Origin: Candidatus Poribacteria bacterium
GTDB taxonomy: Bacteria > Poribacteria > WGA-4E > WGA-3G
Length of the DNA stretch: 64,000 bases
Assembly: GCA_022824835.1 (NCBI GenBank)
Contig: JAJDZB010000073.1
Location: forward strand, 23,933 to 87,932
Reading direction: 5' to 3'
Each line of letters begins with the position of its first letter. The stretch's first letter is position 1. The notes under the pieces were generated by a model. The model did no database searches and was not told where the DNA came from. It was given only the letters and a program-made list of their open reading frames with translations. Of the stretch, positions 54,016-63,823 are shown in pieces. Both the position numbers and the translations under genes were made by a program.

Positions 54016-56544
54016 TTATTTCCGCAATAACATTTTCCGGGTTGCAGTAAAATCTCCAGTGGATAACGTGCAAAAATACAAACCGCTTGCAACAGGTTCG
54101 CCAGAATCGTTGCGTCCATCCCAATATGCTGCACGATCCTTGTTGTAATAAGTGCCAGCAGGTTGATTGCCTAATTCTATCGTCCTTATTTTGTGACCGT
54201 TCATATCATATATTGATACGGTTACATCAGTAGTAGACTCTAACTGATAAGGTATCCACGTTTCTGGATTAAAGGGGTTCGGATAGTTTTCAAGCAAACG
54301 TGTTTGGGTTGGGTTCAACACTTTGACAAACTGTTGCAGGATCGCAATTCCTTTTCTTACAGTAACATCCCTATTCGGTAATTGTTCTGCTTTCTTAATC
54401 CAACGGTTTACTGTTTCTGCATCAAGTTGTGCAATCTGATGTGGGTGTAAGGGGGCAGCATCAGAATTAGTATCTAACGCATTGACAACTAACAGCAGGT
54501 CAATAACGTTTACTTCTCCGTCTCTATTGACATCTGGGTTAGGAAATACATCGCCGATGATAGTTTTTCCAAAGTTCACAGCAACAAGCACAAGATCACT
54601 TATATCCACTATGCCATCCCCGTTTATATCAGTGCGATTCTCAACTGATGTGGATGCACCCGCTTTTAGCAAGAAATCATGCAGTGTGATATTGCCATAG
54701 ACGTCAATAATCAGTAAAGTTATAGGATTGTATGGAAAACGTGTCAAAGAAGTAATATCAAAATGTACGGTGCTGCTTATTGCCTCTATTTTCTGACAAC
54801 TCTGTAGTTTAGTACCTGTAGCAGGATCATTGCCGGTAGTTTGAACATGAAGCTGAACTTGATGTATCCCATCCAGATCAGTGATCTGAAATAGAATCGT
54901 ATGGTTTTCTGCATTTGATGGGTACACCTCAGAAGTTAACATTTGAACAGTTGTGGGTTCGTTAAATGCGGTTTGTTCTATATTGAAGAACCGATTTACG
55001 TTAAACCATTCTGTTGCACACATTGAGAACCTGTCAGCGTCAGCACCGTAGGACATGATGTATTTCTCGTCTCTGAAATCATGTGTTAAACCGAATGCGT
55101 GTCCAAGTTCATGTGCGACGACATATTTACCGACATCACCATCAAAGCACTTACCTGAAGCGGGAATAAGAGCATATCCACCGCGTGAGAATACCTGGTG
55201 TTGATTTCCGATCCATAGTGTTCCACCTATACCACAGGCGCTGTTCCTTTCAATTGCTTCAGCACCAGTTTCTACGAAGATAAGATTAATGTGTTTATTT
55301 TCTTCAAATTGGGTTGATAGCTCATTTGTAATCTTCTTGCTTGTATCGGCATAATAGTATGCGTCATTAAACCTTCCGCGAGTTTGATGAACGAGAACGG
55401 ATCCGTTTTCACCTGATTCGAAAGTAAATGTTTTGCGTGCAAATCCGTTTGCTTCCATCTGATCAGCATAGAAAGTTTGCACGTCTTTTAGCAGATGATC
55501 CAGCTTTGTTCTTATATCGGGTTGAGGGGAACGGTCGTTTGGGACGAAGTAGATAATTCTCACCAATTCTTCTATAGACGTCTGATATGCAGTGACATCC
55601 CAGAGCCGAAGTGTTCCATCATCACCACCACTGATTAATGATGTGTTGTCCGGTGAAAATGATGCGGAATTTACCCATCCTTTGTGTCCCAAGAATGTCG
55701 CGATATTAGCACCATCTGTGATGTTCCATAGGTTGATTGCTTCGTAATCTGTCGTTGCAAGTGTCATACCGTCTGTTGAGAAATTGAGGTCTGTCACTGT
55801 TGCTTTGGTAGGCAATGTGCCGATATGTTCCCAATTGGATAGTTTCCACAATTTCACACCACTGTTATATCCAGCACTTGCCAATATTTGATTATCTGGA
55901 GAAAACTGCAAGGCGGAAATCAGATCAGTATCTGCCTGAAATTCTGCTACTTCCAGGCGGTTTCGAACATTTATGATTCTCACTTTACCACGGACATCTC
56001 CCATCGCAAGAGTTCTCCCATCATGAGAGAAGGCTAATGCGATTACCCATTCGTCATGTCTGAAGGTTATCAATTCTCTGTATGTATGTATATCCCATAG
56101 TTTTACATGATACCCTGCTGTAGCAAACATCTGTCCGTTTGGAGAGAATGAAATTTCCTTTATCTGCGATTGTGCGAAATCTGTCGTATGTCTGAGAGTT
56201 ACAATTTGGCTCTGTTTCTCAATATCCCACAATTTGATCGTATAGTCATCGCTGCCACTGACAAGTTTTTTGCCATCAGGAGAAAATGCGATTGCGTTGA
56301 TAGTTTTAGTGTGATTTCCAAGTATGGTAACTGTATCTTCCTCAAGGTCCCATAGCTTTATTGCATGTCCTCCACCTGCGCTTGCTATTAACTTAGAATT
56401 TACGGGTGAATATGCAACGGCTTGTACAACCCCGCCGTGCGTAATGGATGTGTGGTCTTGCGCAGCAGTGATATAGGGAGCAGATGTCAAAATGAAGAGA
56501 ATGAGAAAACACTGTATTCTTTGCATGCCTGTATTCTTTAACAT
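54016..56544 (-). CDS. Mosaic secreted protein: WD40 beta-propeller, metzincin protease, dockerin-like repeats and a T9SS type A C-terminal sorting domain
   Basis: Seven WD-like blades (IKLWD, VKLWD, VKLWK, LRLWD). VAHELGHAFGLTHDF..YIMSY (HExxHxxGxxHD plus Met-turn). DINGDGIVDISDLVLV and DVNRDGEVNVIDLLLV. C-terminal NYPNPFNPETWIPYQL..VSIYDMNG..GLYFCTL. Confidence 0.75.
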   Translation of the reverse strand: MLKNTGMQRIQCFLILFILTSAPYITAAQDHTSITHGGVVQAVAYSPVNSKLIASAGGGHAIKLWDLEEDTVTILGNHTKTINAIAFSPDGKKLVSGSDDYTIKLWDIEKQSQIVTLRHTTDFAQSQIKEISFSPNGQMFATAGYHVKLWDIHTYRELITFRHDEWVIALAFSHDGRTLAMGDVRGKVRIINVRNRLEVAEFQADTDLISALQFSPDNQILASAGYNSGVKLWKLSNWEHIGTLPTKATVTDLNFSTDGMTLATTDYEAINLWNITDGANIATFLGHKGWVNSASFSPDNTSLISGGDDGTLRLWDVTAYQTSIEELVRIIYFVPNDRSPQPDIRTKLDHLLKDVQTFYADQMEANGFARKTFTFESGENGSVLVHQTRGRFNDAYYYADTSKKITNELSTQFEENKHINLIFVETGAEAIERNSACGIGGTLWIGNQHQVFSRGGYALIPASGKCFDGDVGKYVVAHELGHAFGLTHDFRDEKYIMSYGADADRFSMCATEWFNVNRFFNIEQTAFNEPTTVQMLTSEVYPSNAENHTILFQITDLDGIHQVQLHVQTTGNDPATGTKLQSCQKIEAISSTVHFDITSLTRFPYNPITLLIIDVYGNITLHDFLLKAGASTSVENRTDINGDGIVDISDLVLVAVNFGKTIIGDVFPNPDVNRDGEVNVIDLLLVVNALDTNSDAAPLHPHQIAQLDAETVNRWIKKAEQLPNRDVTVRKGIAILQQFVKVLNPTQTRLLENYPNPFNPETWIPYQLESTTDVTVSIYDMNGHKIRTIELGNQPAGTYYNKDRAAYWDGRNDSGEPVASGLYFCTLSTGDFTATRKMLLRK

Positions 56545-56547
56545 GAT

Positions 56548-57624
56548 TCAGGTGATTTTGTAATGCCGCTTATCTTCAGCCTTTATAATATCATCACCGA
56601 TGGATATATTGCGTTTTTCTGCACATGCCAGCAGTTGTTTGTAGATTGTATCCGGAATTTCTATGCCATTCTTGAGTCGTTCATCCCGGTTGCGTGCTTC
56701 AAAATCGCCAGGTGATAGTACTTCATTAAAACCTTGTGCTGGCGGTGTAGATTTGATGACACCTAAGAAGGCTCGAACCCCCTTCTGGTATTCGTTGATG
56801 GGTGTGAATGCGTTGATATCTATCGTCTGCATGTAAATACCCCCCATGTCGCCGGTTTCAAGGTTGGCTGTCCCTGCTAAACCCCCCAGTAAACATGTGA
56901 ACATTGCGAGAGCGTATCCTTTATGTCTGCCGAATGTTAAGAGAGTTCCACCATCATAAAAGTCTGCCGGTTTAACGCTCGGTACACCGTTTTTATCTAA
57001 TATACATCCTTCTGGTAAATCAGCATTTTTACTTCTTGCGACCTGTATTTTTCCTTCCGCGATGACACTTGTGGCATAGTCAACGATGAAGGGTGCCGCA
57101 TCACCTGTGGGAACACCGATCGCGATAGGGTTTGTGCTGAATGTGCCTTGTGATCCACCATAGGGAACCATTGGACCTGCTCCTTTTCCACCTGTACCGA
57201 CTGTGATGAGTCCGATACATCCTGATGCTGCTGCGAGTTCCGCATATTCTCCTAAACGTCCGATATGACCGGTGTTGAAAATACTCACACAACACATGCC
57301 TGACTGTTTTGATTTTTCTATGGACTTTCGCATTGTCCAACGGGAAACATAATGTCCGAAGCACTGATTGCCATTGACTTTTAATGTGTTATCCGTTTCA
57401 GCAGCTACCTCTGGTTCCGCTGTTGGTTTAATGCCTCCCGACTCAATTGCTCTTAGGTATGCGGGTATTCTTAGAACGCCGTGGGAGTCATGTCCTGTTA
57501 GATGTGCCTTGACTAATATTTCGGCGACATCATCGGCAATATGGTCTGATGTTCCTGCTGCGACAAAGAGAGTGCGAGCAATTGCATGAAGGTGTGGGGC
57601 ATGAAATAGATGTGTTTTTGTCAT
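56548..57624 (-). CDS. Ldh_2 family (malate/L-lactate/sulfolactate-type) oxidoreductase
   Basis: GHDSHGVLRIPAY, NTGHIGRLGEYA, ATSVIAEGKI. ATG at 57624 preferred over the track start at 57663. Confidence 0.75.
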   Translation of the reverse strand: MTKTHLFHAPHLHAIARTLFVAAGTSDHIADDVAEILVKAHLTGHDSHGVLRIPAYLRAIESGGIKPTAEPEVAAETDNTLKVNGNQCFGHYVSRWTMRKSIEKSKQSGMCCVSIFNTGHIGRLGEYAELAAASGCIGLITVGTGGKGAGPMVPYGGSQGTFSTNPIAIGVPTGDAAPFIVDYATSVIAEGKIQVARSKNADLPEGCILDKNGVPSVKPADFYDGGTLLTFGRHKGYALAMFTCLLGGLAGTANLETGDMGGIYMQTIDINAFTPINEYQKGVRAFLGVIKSTPPAQGFNEVLSPGDFEARNRDERLKNGIEIPDTIYKQLLACAEKRNISIGDDIIKAEDKRHYKIT

Positions 57625-57737
57625 ACGTTCTATCCTTTGTATAAGAGAAATGAATGATAGCATATCAGTTATTTTAACTTAAACTACGCATTTTCTCAAG
57701 AGAAAGTGGAATTGGTTCTCGTGAGTCATAAATTAAC

Positions 57738-57766
57738 TTGACATCTATGCAAAAATCTGGAATACT
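57738..57766 (+). promoter_or_regulatory. Candidate sigma-70 promoter for the Gfo/Idh/MocA gene
   Basis: TTGACA-17 nt-AATACT in the divergent intergenic region. Confidence 0.4.
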
Positions 57767-57808
57767 TACGCTTAACATTAAATAAATATATATCGAATTG
57801 GAGATTTT

Positions 57809-58867
57809 ATGGAACCTGTAAAAATAGGTGTTATTGGTTGCGGTGTCATCGGAAGTAGACATCTCAGTATCGCATCTGACTCTGAGAGCGTTGAACTGGT
57901 TGCAGCGGCTGACTTAGTGGAATCCTACAGAGAACGCGCTGCAGAACGTTTCAATCCACCGAATGTATATAGCAACGATGTAGACCTGTTGGACGATCCA
58001 GAAGTAGAAGCAGTCGTATTAGCATTTCCCACACAATACAGAACTGAAGTAGCATTACGTGCCTTTGAACGCGGCAAACATGTCCTCTTAGAAAAACCGA
58101 TTGCTATGAACGTTGATGAAGTGAAGCAACTGATAGATGCACGAGGGGATTTAGTTTCTGGATGCTGTTCGTCACGCAATCGCTTTAACAAAGCTGCCCG
58201 ATTGGTAACGGAACTTATTACATCGGGTGGGTTAGGAGAATTACGGACTGTGCATTGTCGCGCTTTAAGAGGATGTGGAAAACAACCCGATTCACCAAGG
58301 CCTGCATGGCGACTGACAAAAGCACTCAATGGTGGCGGAATCTTGGTAAACTGGGGATGTTATGATATTGATTATCTACTCGGCATCACCGGATGGCAAC
58401 TCAAACCTAAAACTGTGTTTGCACAGACATGGACTGTTCCACCCGTATTTGAGTCACATATTGCGCCAGGTTCTGATGCAGAGACACACTATACTGCACA
58501 TGTTCGTTGTGAAGACGGCACCGTGATTAATCTTGAACGCGGTGAATTTTTGGCATCTCACTCACATTCAGATTGGGAGATAATCGGATCAGAAGGTGCG
58601 CTGAAATTAAGAATGGGAGACGGTAATCCGAATAATATTGTGCATAGCCAAACAACGACAGTTGACGGTGTCAACTCAAATCCACTTGAAGATGGTGAAG
58701 ATACTGAAGGTCCACACTACAATGATCCACTAATAGATTTTGCTGCGGCGATACGCGGAAACAGACAACCCATTACAGGTTTGGAGCAAGCACTTGTCGT
58801 TCAGCAGATTACAGATGCAATCTATGCTTCAGCAGATAGTGGATCAGCAGTTGATATAGCAGATTGA
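57809..58867 (+). CDS. Gfo/Idh/MocA family oxidoreductase
   Basis: VKIGVIGCGVIG Rossmann N-terminus, HVLLEKPIA motif. Confidence 0.85.
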   Translation: MEPVKIGVIGCGVIGSRHLSIASDSESVELVAAADLVESYRERAAERFNPPNVYSNDVDLLDDPEVEAVVLAFPTQYRTEVALRAFERGKHVLLEKPIAMNVDEVKQLIDARGDLVSGCCSSRNRFNKAARLVTELITSGGLGELRTVHCRALRGCGKQPDSPRPAWRLTKALNGGGILVNWGCYDIDYLLGITGWQLKPKTVFAQTWTVPPVFESHIAPGSDAETHYTAHVRCEDGTVINLERGEFLASHSHSDWEIIGSEGALKLRMGDGNPNNIVHSQTTTVDGVNSNPLEDGEDTEGPHYNDPLIDFAAAIRGNRQPITGLEQALVVQQITDAIYASADSGSAVDIAD

Positions 58868-58888
58868 ATTATAGTGATTAAAAAAAAC

Positions 58889-58917
58889 TTGACAATAAAA
58901 CTGCAATCGTTTAAAAT
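58889..58917 (+). promoter_or_regulatory. Near-consensus sigma-70 promoter P1 upstream of the 59170 gene
   Basis: TTGACA-17 nt-TAAAAT. Confidence 0.55.
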
Positions 58918-58942
58918 ACATATTATCCCTGATTTTTTTTCA

Positions 58943-58971
58943 TTGCATTTTGTATTGAAAAGTGCTATAAT
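58943..58971 (+). promoter_or_regulatory. Near-consensus extended -10 promoter P2 upstream of the 59170 gene
   Basis: TTGCAT-17 nt (ending TGC)-TATAAT, i.e. TGnTATAAT. Confidence 0.55.
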
Positions 58972-59169
58972 TTGATTTAAGACTTATGTTACCTTTGACG
59001 GTTTCATTATTATTTATTGATAACAAACAGAATTTCGGCACAGCTAGCAAGCCGGAATAAGATAAATTAGTATGTGTTGCTCAATTTGAATGTTTTGAGA
59101 GGCGCGCGTCTTATGCATAAACTCAAATATGAGCATACTGTAACTAAGGAATAAGGAGATTTCATAGCT

Positions 59170-59889
59170 ATGAAGAAATTAGCAATTTTATTCACAATTG
59201 CTTGTTTAACCATTGCACCAACCGCATTCGCTCAAGATTGGCAGCCGGCAGGTGATCAATGGATTGAAAGATGGTGGGCACTCGATTTAGTCACGAATAC
59301 TGGCGGGTTCAACAACTCTGCCGCTCAAGACTATCTTGACGCCGGCACCAGTGGCGATTATAATAATTATTCAGTATCCACACGGTACGGTGCTGGACTG
59401 ACTGGAAAAGGGGCAGTTTACTTGCCAGATAACGGCGGTACGCTCGTCTGGTCTGTCGTTGATCTTGACACAGAGGCGGGAAATAACATGTCCCTGGCTT
59501 TCGGTCCTAATCCTTTGGACGAATTTACTTGGCACGGTATCCTGCTTATCTTGTCTCCAGATGAACGCACAACCACAATGTATCCATCACATGATGATTA
59601 TGCAGAAATATGGTTGAACGGAAGTAAGGTGTATGACAATCCTGCCTGGACAGGTGGTGTTAGAAACGTAACGCGGCCAACAGAGGTAGACCTAATCCAA
59701 GGTGAAAACTTCCTCCACTATAAGTGCGGCGAAGGCGGTGGTGGTGATTATATTAATTTGCGTTTTGATGAAGCTGATACCGACCTGCAGATCGCACCAA
59801 CACTGGATGGACAATTCTTGAATGTGCTTACACCAGTTGAACCCCGCAATAAAGTTACTACAACTTGGGCAGATATTAAACGAAAATAA
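59170..59889 (+). CDS. Secreted hypothetical beta-sandwich-like protein with a basic C-terminal tag
   Basis: Signal peptide ending AFAQD. AEIWLNGSKVYDN..GENFLHYKCGEGGGGDYINLRF resembles PA14/lectin-like folds (weak). C-terminus LTPVEPRNKVTTTWADIKRK. Confidence 0.5.
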   Translation: MKKLAILFTIACLTIAPTAFAQDWQPAGDQWIERWWALDLVTNTGGFNNSAAQDYLDAGTSGDYNNYSVSTRYGAGLTGKGAVYLPDNGGTLVWSVVDLDTEAGNNMSLAFGPNPLDEFTWHGILLILSPDERTTTMYPSHDDYAEIWLNGSKVYDNPAWTGGVRNVTRPTEVDLIQGENFLHYKCGEGGGGDYINLRFDEADTDLQIAPTLDGQFLNVLTPVEPRNKVTTTWADIKRK

Positions 59890-59911
59890 TGTCCCTGCTG
59901 ACCCTACAAAC

Positions 59912-59946
59912 AAAAAACCCGTTTCCTGAGTGGATACGGGTTTTTT
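59912..59946. terminator. Bidirectional rho-independent terminator between convergent genes
   Basis: AAAAAACCCGT-loop-ACGGGTTTTTT. A-run and T-run flank the stem, so it can serve both strands. Confidence 0.75.
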
Positions 59947-59968
59947 GTTTTGTCAAGTTTGCAGAACA

Positions 59969-61651
59969 CTATTCAGGTTCTGTTATTATCAGCATTTGAT
60001 TAACATCAGTATTTTCTAACTTTTGAACGATGCCGTTTTGCCATAGTACCTCAATTCTATCAACTTTTTCTGCTTTGTCTAAACCGAATAACAATCGTAT
60101 ATCACTTCCTGAAGCATAACTTGATCCGCTTTTCACTTCTGCAATCTGTGTAACTTCGTCCGATACGATTTTGACCTTTGTCCCGATCCCGTCCCGGTTG
60201 GTCCGTGTGCCTACGAGTTTTACACTCAGCCAGTTCTTCTTGTTTCCACCCTCATTTTTCAGTAAGACTGCCCGCTGATTGGAATTTAGGATAACAATAT
60301 CAATATCCCCATCGTTATCATAGTCGGCGGAAGCAGCAGCTCTACCAACAAGTTCTTTGGAGAAATACGCTCCCGATGTCTGTGATACTTCAAAATATGA
60401 ACCATTACCATCGTTATGAAAAAGTTGATCGCGTTGCGGATATGTTTCGTGTTGAAGTGTCAATGTTTCGATTATATCTTGTGGGTGTCCGTTTGTGCAG
60501 AAAATATCAAGGTTGCCATCATTGTCGTAATCTAAGAAAAGCGGACTGAAACCGACATAAGGTAACGTAGGTTGCAGTAATCCACTCTCCGCAGATGCCT
60601 CTGTAAACAGAAAACCCGTTTCACCCAATTTCTGTGATTTATAGAGTGTTGCTTTTTCTGAATTTGCGATGATGATGTCAAACAATCCATCACCGTTATA
60701 GTCTCCGTAGTCTACACCCATAGACCCTTCAGCAACACCGTTTTCATCATAACCGACGCCAAGGAATAGACTTACATCTGTAAATGTTCCATCTCCGTTG
60801 TTATGATACAGAAAGTTTCGATTTGTATCGTTAGCGACATAGATATCGGGATATAGATCGTTATTGTAGTCAAATGCAACAGCAGCCATTCCTCGACCTT
60901 CTATCTGCCCCTCTATTTTACTGGCAAGTCCAGCTATTTCAGCAACATCTGTAAAAGTGCCGTCTCCGTTATTCCTATAAAGCACATCCACTGTTCCTTC
61001 ATAACTCCGTGGAGGACCGTAACCTATAATTCCTTTGAATCTCGTTACTGGCATGGAGATATTGTATAGGAGGTAGTTGACAACAAAGATGTCTAAGTCA
61101 CCGTCCAAATCAAAATCCAGAAAAATGGAGCCGATACTCCAAAGTGAATTGTTGATCCCAGCAGTATCCGTAATATCTGTGAATGTTCCATCGCCGTTAT
61201 TTTGATATAGACTATCTCGTTCAAAGTTGCATACATATAGATCCGCATCCCCGTCGTTATCAATGTCCCCAGCGGATGCGGCCATACCGTATCCGATATC
61301 TCCAACTCCCGTTGCCTCAGTGACATCTATAAAGTGCCCGTTTCCTTGATTGCGATAAAGCACGTTTGAACCGTTCTCACTTTTAATTTTATCTGAGATT
61401 CCCTCAATAGGCACAGGTCCGCTGTTAACGAAATATAGGTCAATGTTTCCATCTGCATCGTAATCAAAAAAGACTACGCCGGATCCCATTGTCTCAATAA
61501 CGTGTTTATACTCTGTCTTACCGTTGTTATGTTTAAAGTCTATCCCTGCTTCTTCCGTAACATCTACAAAAACAGGTAACGTATCCGCTGATGTAAACAT
61601 GACTACAAATATAAACAGAAATGAAAAAAGAAGATACGTGAACTTTAGCAT
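59969..61651 (-). CDS. FG-GAP/VCBS repeat protein with an ASPIC/UnbV C-terminal domain (CRTAC1 family)
   Basis: Repeated D.D.DGD.D calcium-binding FG-GAP motifs (DYDADGNIDLY, DIDNDGDADLY, DFDLDGDLDIF..). C-terminal NRDGIGTKVKI..GSSYASGSD..FGL. Confidence 0.8.
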   Translation of the reverse strand: MLKFTYLLFSFLFIFVVMFTSADTLPVFVDVTEEAGIDFKHNNGKTEYKHVIETMGSGVVFFDYDADGNIDLYFVNSGPVPIEGISDKIKSENGSNVLYRNQGNGHFIDVTEATGVGDIGYGMAASAGDIDNDGDADLYVCNFERDSLYQNNGDGTFTDITDTAGINNSLWSIGSIFLDFDLDGDLDIFVVNYLLYNISMPVTRFKGIIGYGPPRSYEGTVDVLYRNNGDGTFTDVAEIAGLASKIEGQIEGRGMAAVAFDYNNDLYPDIYVANDTNRNFLYHNNGDGTFTDVSLFLGVGYDENGVAEGSMGVDYGDYNGDGLFDIIIANSEKATLYKSQKLGETGFLFTEASAESGLLQPTLPYVGFSPLFLDYDNDGNLDIFCTNGHPQDIIETLTLQHETYPQRDQLFHNDGNGSYFEVSQTSGAYFSKELVGRAAASADYDNDGDIDIVILNSNQRAVLLKNEGGNKKNWLSVKLVGTRTNRDGIGTKVKIVSDEVTQIAEVKSGSSYASGSDIRLLFGLDKAEKVDRIEVLWQNGIVQKLENTDVNQMLIITEPE

Positions 61652-61675
61652 ATATGGTATTTGTTAGGTAGGACT

Positions 61676-62494
61676 CTATTTATTATTTGGTTCGGCAGTT
61701 TTTGCTATACGGAAACCTACGAAGGAAGTTTTTAAGGTTGGATAAAGATAAAAGCGGAATGTTGTGGTGCAGCGAGCAAGTTTGTCAATCCAAGACCCGC
61801 CTCTAACGACACGCCAACTACCCACGTCGGGTCCCTCTGGATTCTGTTTCGGTGTGTGATAATAGTAGACGTCACTATACCAATCTGCGGTCCATTCCCA
61901 CACATTACCTGCCATATCCATTATCCCGAAAAAGCTTTTTCCTTTCGGATAACTTCCAATAGGTGCAATCCGGTTTTCGTAACCATCATTTCCGTCGGCA
62001 GTATTTGCGAACAGTTCGAAAGCGTTTCCCCATGGAAATGTCCTATCTGTGTAACCCCTTGCAGCTTTTTCCCATTCAGCTTCAGTCGGAAGTCGCATCC
62101 CTTTCCATTCGGCATAAGCTTTAGCATCATGCCAAGAGACGCCAACGACAGGATGATTCGGGTATTTTTTTGCCCGCTCGGGCCATTGACCTATATGAGG
62201 GTGATGCGAAAAGTCTTCAGGTGTGTGTAGTGTTGCCTTGGCTTTATTATTTTGCAGACTCATCCAAAACTCATGGTATTCTGCGTTCGTAACTTCATAC
62301 TTGCCTATATAATATGCCGTTAAGTAGACCTTATGCGAAGGTTTTTCATCATCTGCCCGCCTGTCGCTACCCATTGTAAATGTGCCAGCAGGAATTAGAA
62401 TCATCTGATTTTCTGTCTTCTGAGCAAACACATTACAAAGGATTGCGTTTGAGAGGATAAATAGAATAGTAGAGAAAAGTAGTCTTATTTTCAT
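61676..62494 (-). CDS. Formylglycine-generating enzyme (SUMF1/FGE-sulfatase domain) family protein
   Basis: MILIPAGTFTMGSD, HPVVGVSWHDAKAYAEW, RLPTEAEWEKAARG, GNVWEWTADWY, RVVRGGSW. Confidence 0.85.
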   Translation of the reverse strand: MKIRLLFSTILFILSNAILCNVFAQKTENQMILIPAGTFTMGSDRRADDEKPSHKVYLTAYYIGKYEVTNAEYHEFWMSLQNNKAKATLHTPEDFSHHPHIGQWPERAKKYPNHPVVGVSWHDAKAYAEWKGMRLPTEAEWEKAARGYTDRTFPWGNAFELFANTADGNDGYENRIAPIGSYPKGKSFFGIMDMAGNVWEWTADWYSDVYYYHTPKQNPEGPDVGSWRVVRGGSWIDKLARCTTTFRFYLYPTLKTSFVGFRIAKTAEPNNK

Positions 62495-63696
62495 TGGGTT
62501 CTGTTTTTCTGTTTTGATAGGTAAAACTCGTAAGCTTGATAATGTTCTTGAGCGAGTTTTCTATTGCCAATACTCTGATACAGTTTAGAGATATTCAGAT
62601 GATAATAGGGTTGTTCACTGTCCAGGGTTATCGCTTGTTGATAGGCTGGAATTGCTTTTTGGATCATGCCCAAGCGTGCGTAGGTACTGCCGAGTGTATT
62701 ATAGAATATTGATTGTTTTGGTGAAAGTAGAATTGCCTTACCGACAGATTCCAGCGCGTGTCTGGAATAATTCAGATTGAGAAATGCTTGACTGAGGCCG
62801 TGATGGAATCCGGCAATAGTGTCGGGAGAGGCATTTTGAGAATTACTTAACGCAATGCATTTTTGTAATGCGGGGATTGCCTCATTGTAGATTTTCTGTT
62901 GCATCAGTATTTTGGCTAAACCTGTCCACCCTTCAAGGTTATTAGGTTCAATCCTTGTCTGACGCGTAAACCGTTCATATTCAACGTTCAGTCTCTGTAA
63001 CTGTTGATACAGTAGCATCTCGCTTCTACTTTTTTCTCGTTCTCCTGTGTGCATATATGCGGTGCCGAGACCGTAATGCGGTTCTGCAAAGTTGGAAGGA
63101 CCATATTTGATTGCATTTTTAAAGTTAGTAATCGCTTCAGCGTATGACTTAATTTTGAGGTAGGCATTCCCGAGTTCGTTATAATTCCCTGGAGAGTTTG
63201 GTTTTAGTTCAAGAGCTTTCGTTAGGATTTTTACAGCATCCGGATATTGCCGAAGCTTGATATACACTTTACCCAATAATTCATGACCTCGTGCATGATG
63301 AGGTGAAAGTGTTATGACCTGTTTCAACTGTGCTGCGGCATCTGACCATTGATCGAGTTTGAAATAAACCAACCCTAATGAATAAAGCACTTCAATACTA
63401 TCTGATTTCAGTTCCAGAGCACGTTTGTAGACATTTACCGCTTTCTTCCAATATTCATCTTGTGTATACGACATACCTAAATAATGTAATATCTCATATT
63501 GATCAGGTTCAATAGCGAGTGCTGCCTCAAAAGAATCTATTGCCTGTTCGTTATTGCCTTGAAATAGGGACTTAAACGCCTGCTCCACATGCTGCACATA
63601 CAAGTCGTGTGTATCTGCTTCTGCATTTAGACCGAAAATTAGTGCAAAGTACAAAAAAATTAATGTAAATAATAATAAATTACGCATACATTTCAC
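62491..63696 (-). CDS. Tetratricopeptide repeat protein
   Basis: Signal/TM N-terminus followed by about ten TPR-like 34-residue units (A..AL.L.P....Y.LG..Y). 4-nt overlap with the FGE gene. Confidence 0.8.
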   Translation of the reverse strand: MKCMRNLLLFTLIFLYFALIFGLNAEADTHDLYVQHVEQAFKSLFQGNNEQAIDSFEAALAIEPDQYEILHYLGMSYTQDEYWKKAVNVYKRALELKSDSIEVLYSLGLVYFKLDQWSDAAAQLKQVITLSPHHARGHELLGKVYIKLRQYPDAVKILTKALELKPNSPGNYNELGNAYLKIKSYAEAITNFKNAIKYGPSNFAEPHYGLGTAYMHTGEREKSRSEMLLYQQLQRLNVEYERFTRQTRIEPNNLEGWTGLAKILMQQKIYNEAIPALQKCIALSNSQNASPDTIAGFHHGLSQAFLNLNYSRHALESVGKAILLSPKQSIFYNTLGSTYARLGMIQKAIPAYQQAITLDSEQPYYHLNISKLYQSIGNRKLAQEHYQAYEFYLSKQKNRTQ

Positions 63697-63748
63697 CTCT
63701 TCTGCAAGACTTATACTGAAATCTAAAATTACTCTTACATCCCTGGCA

Positions 63749-63808
63749 GGTTCGGTTAGGAAACCGAACCTACCGGCCTGGGAAAATCACTAAACCGAAC
63801 CTACCGGG
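63749..63808. repeat. REP-like core GGTTCGGTTAGGAAACCGAACCTACCGGCCTGGGAAAA plus a partial second copy
   Basis: Identical over the 38 nt 63749-63786 to 53922-53959 (the right arm plus one further base). Confidence 0.85.
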
Positions 63809-63823
63809 AGTGTTCACATATTT

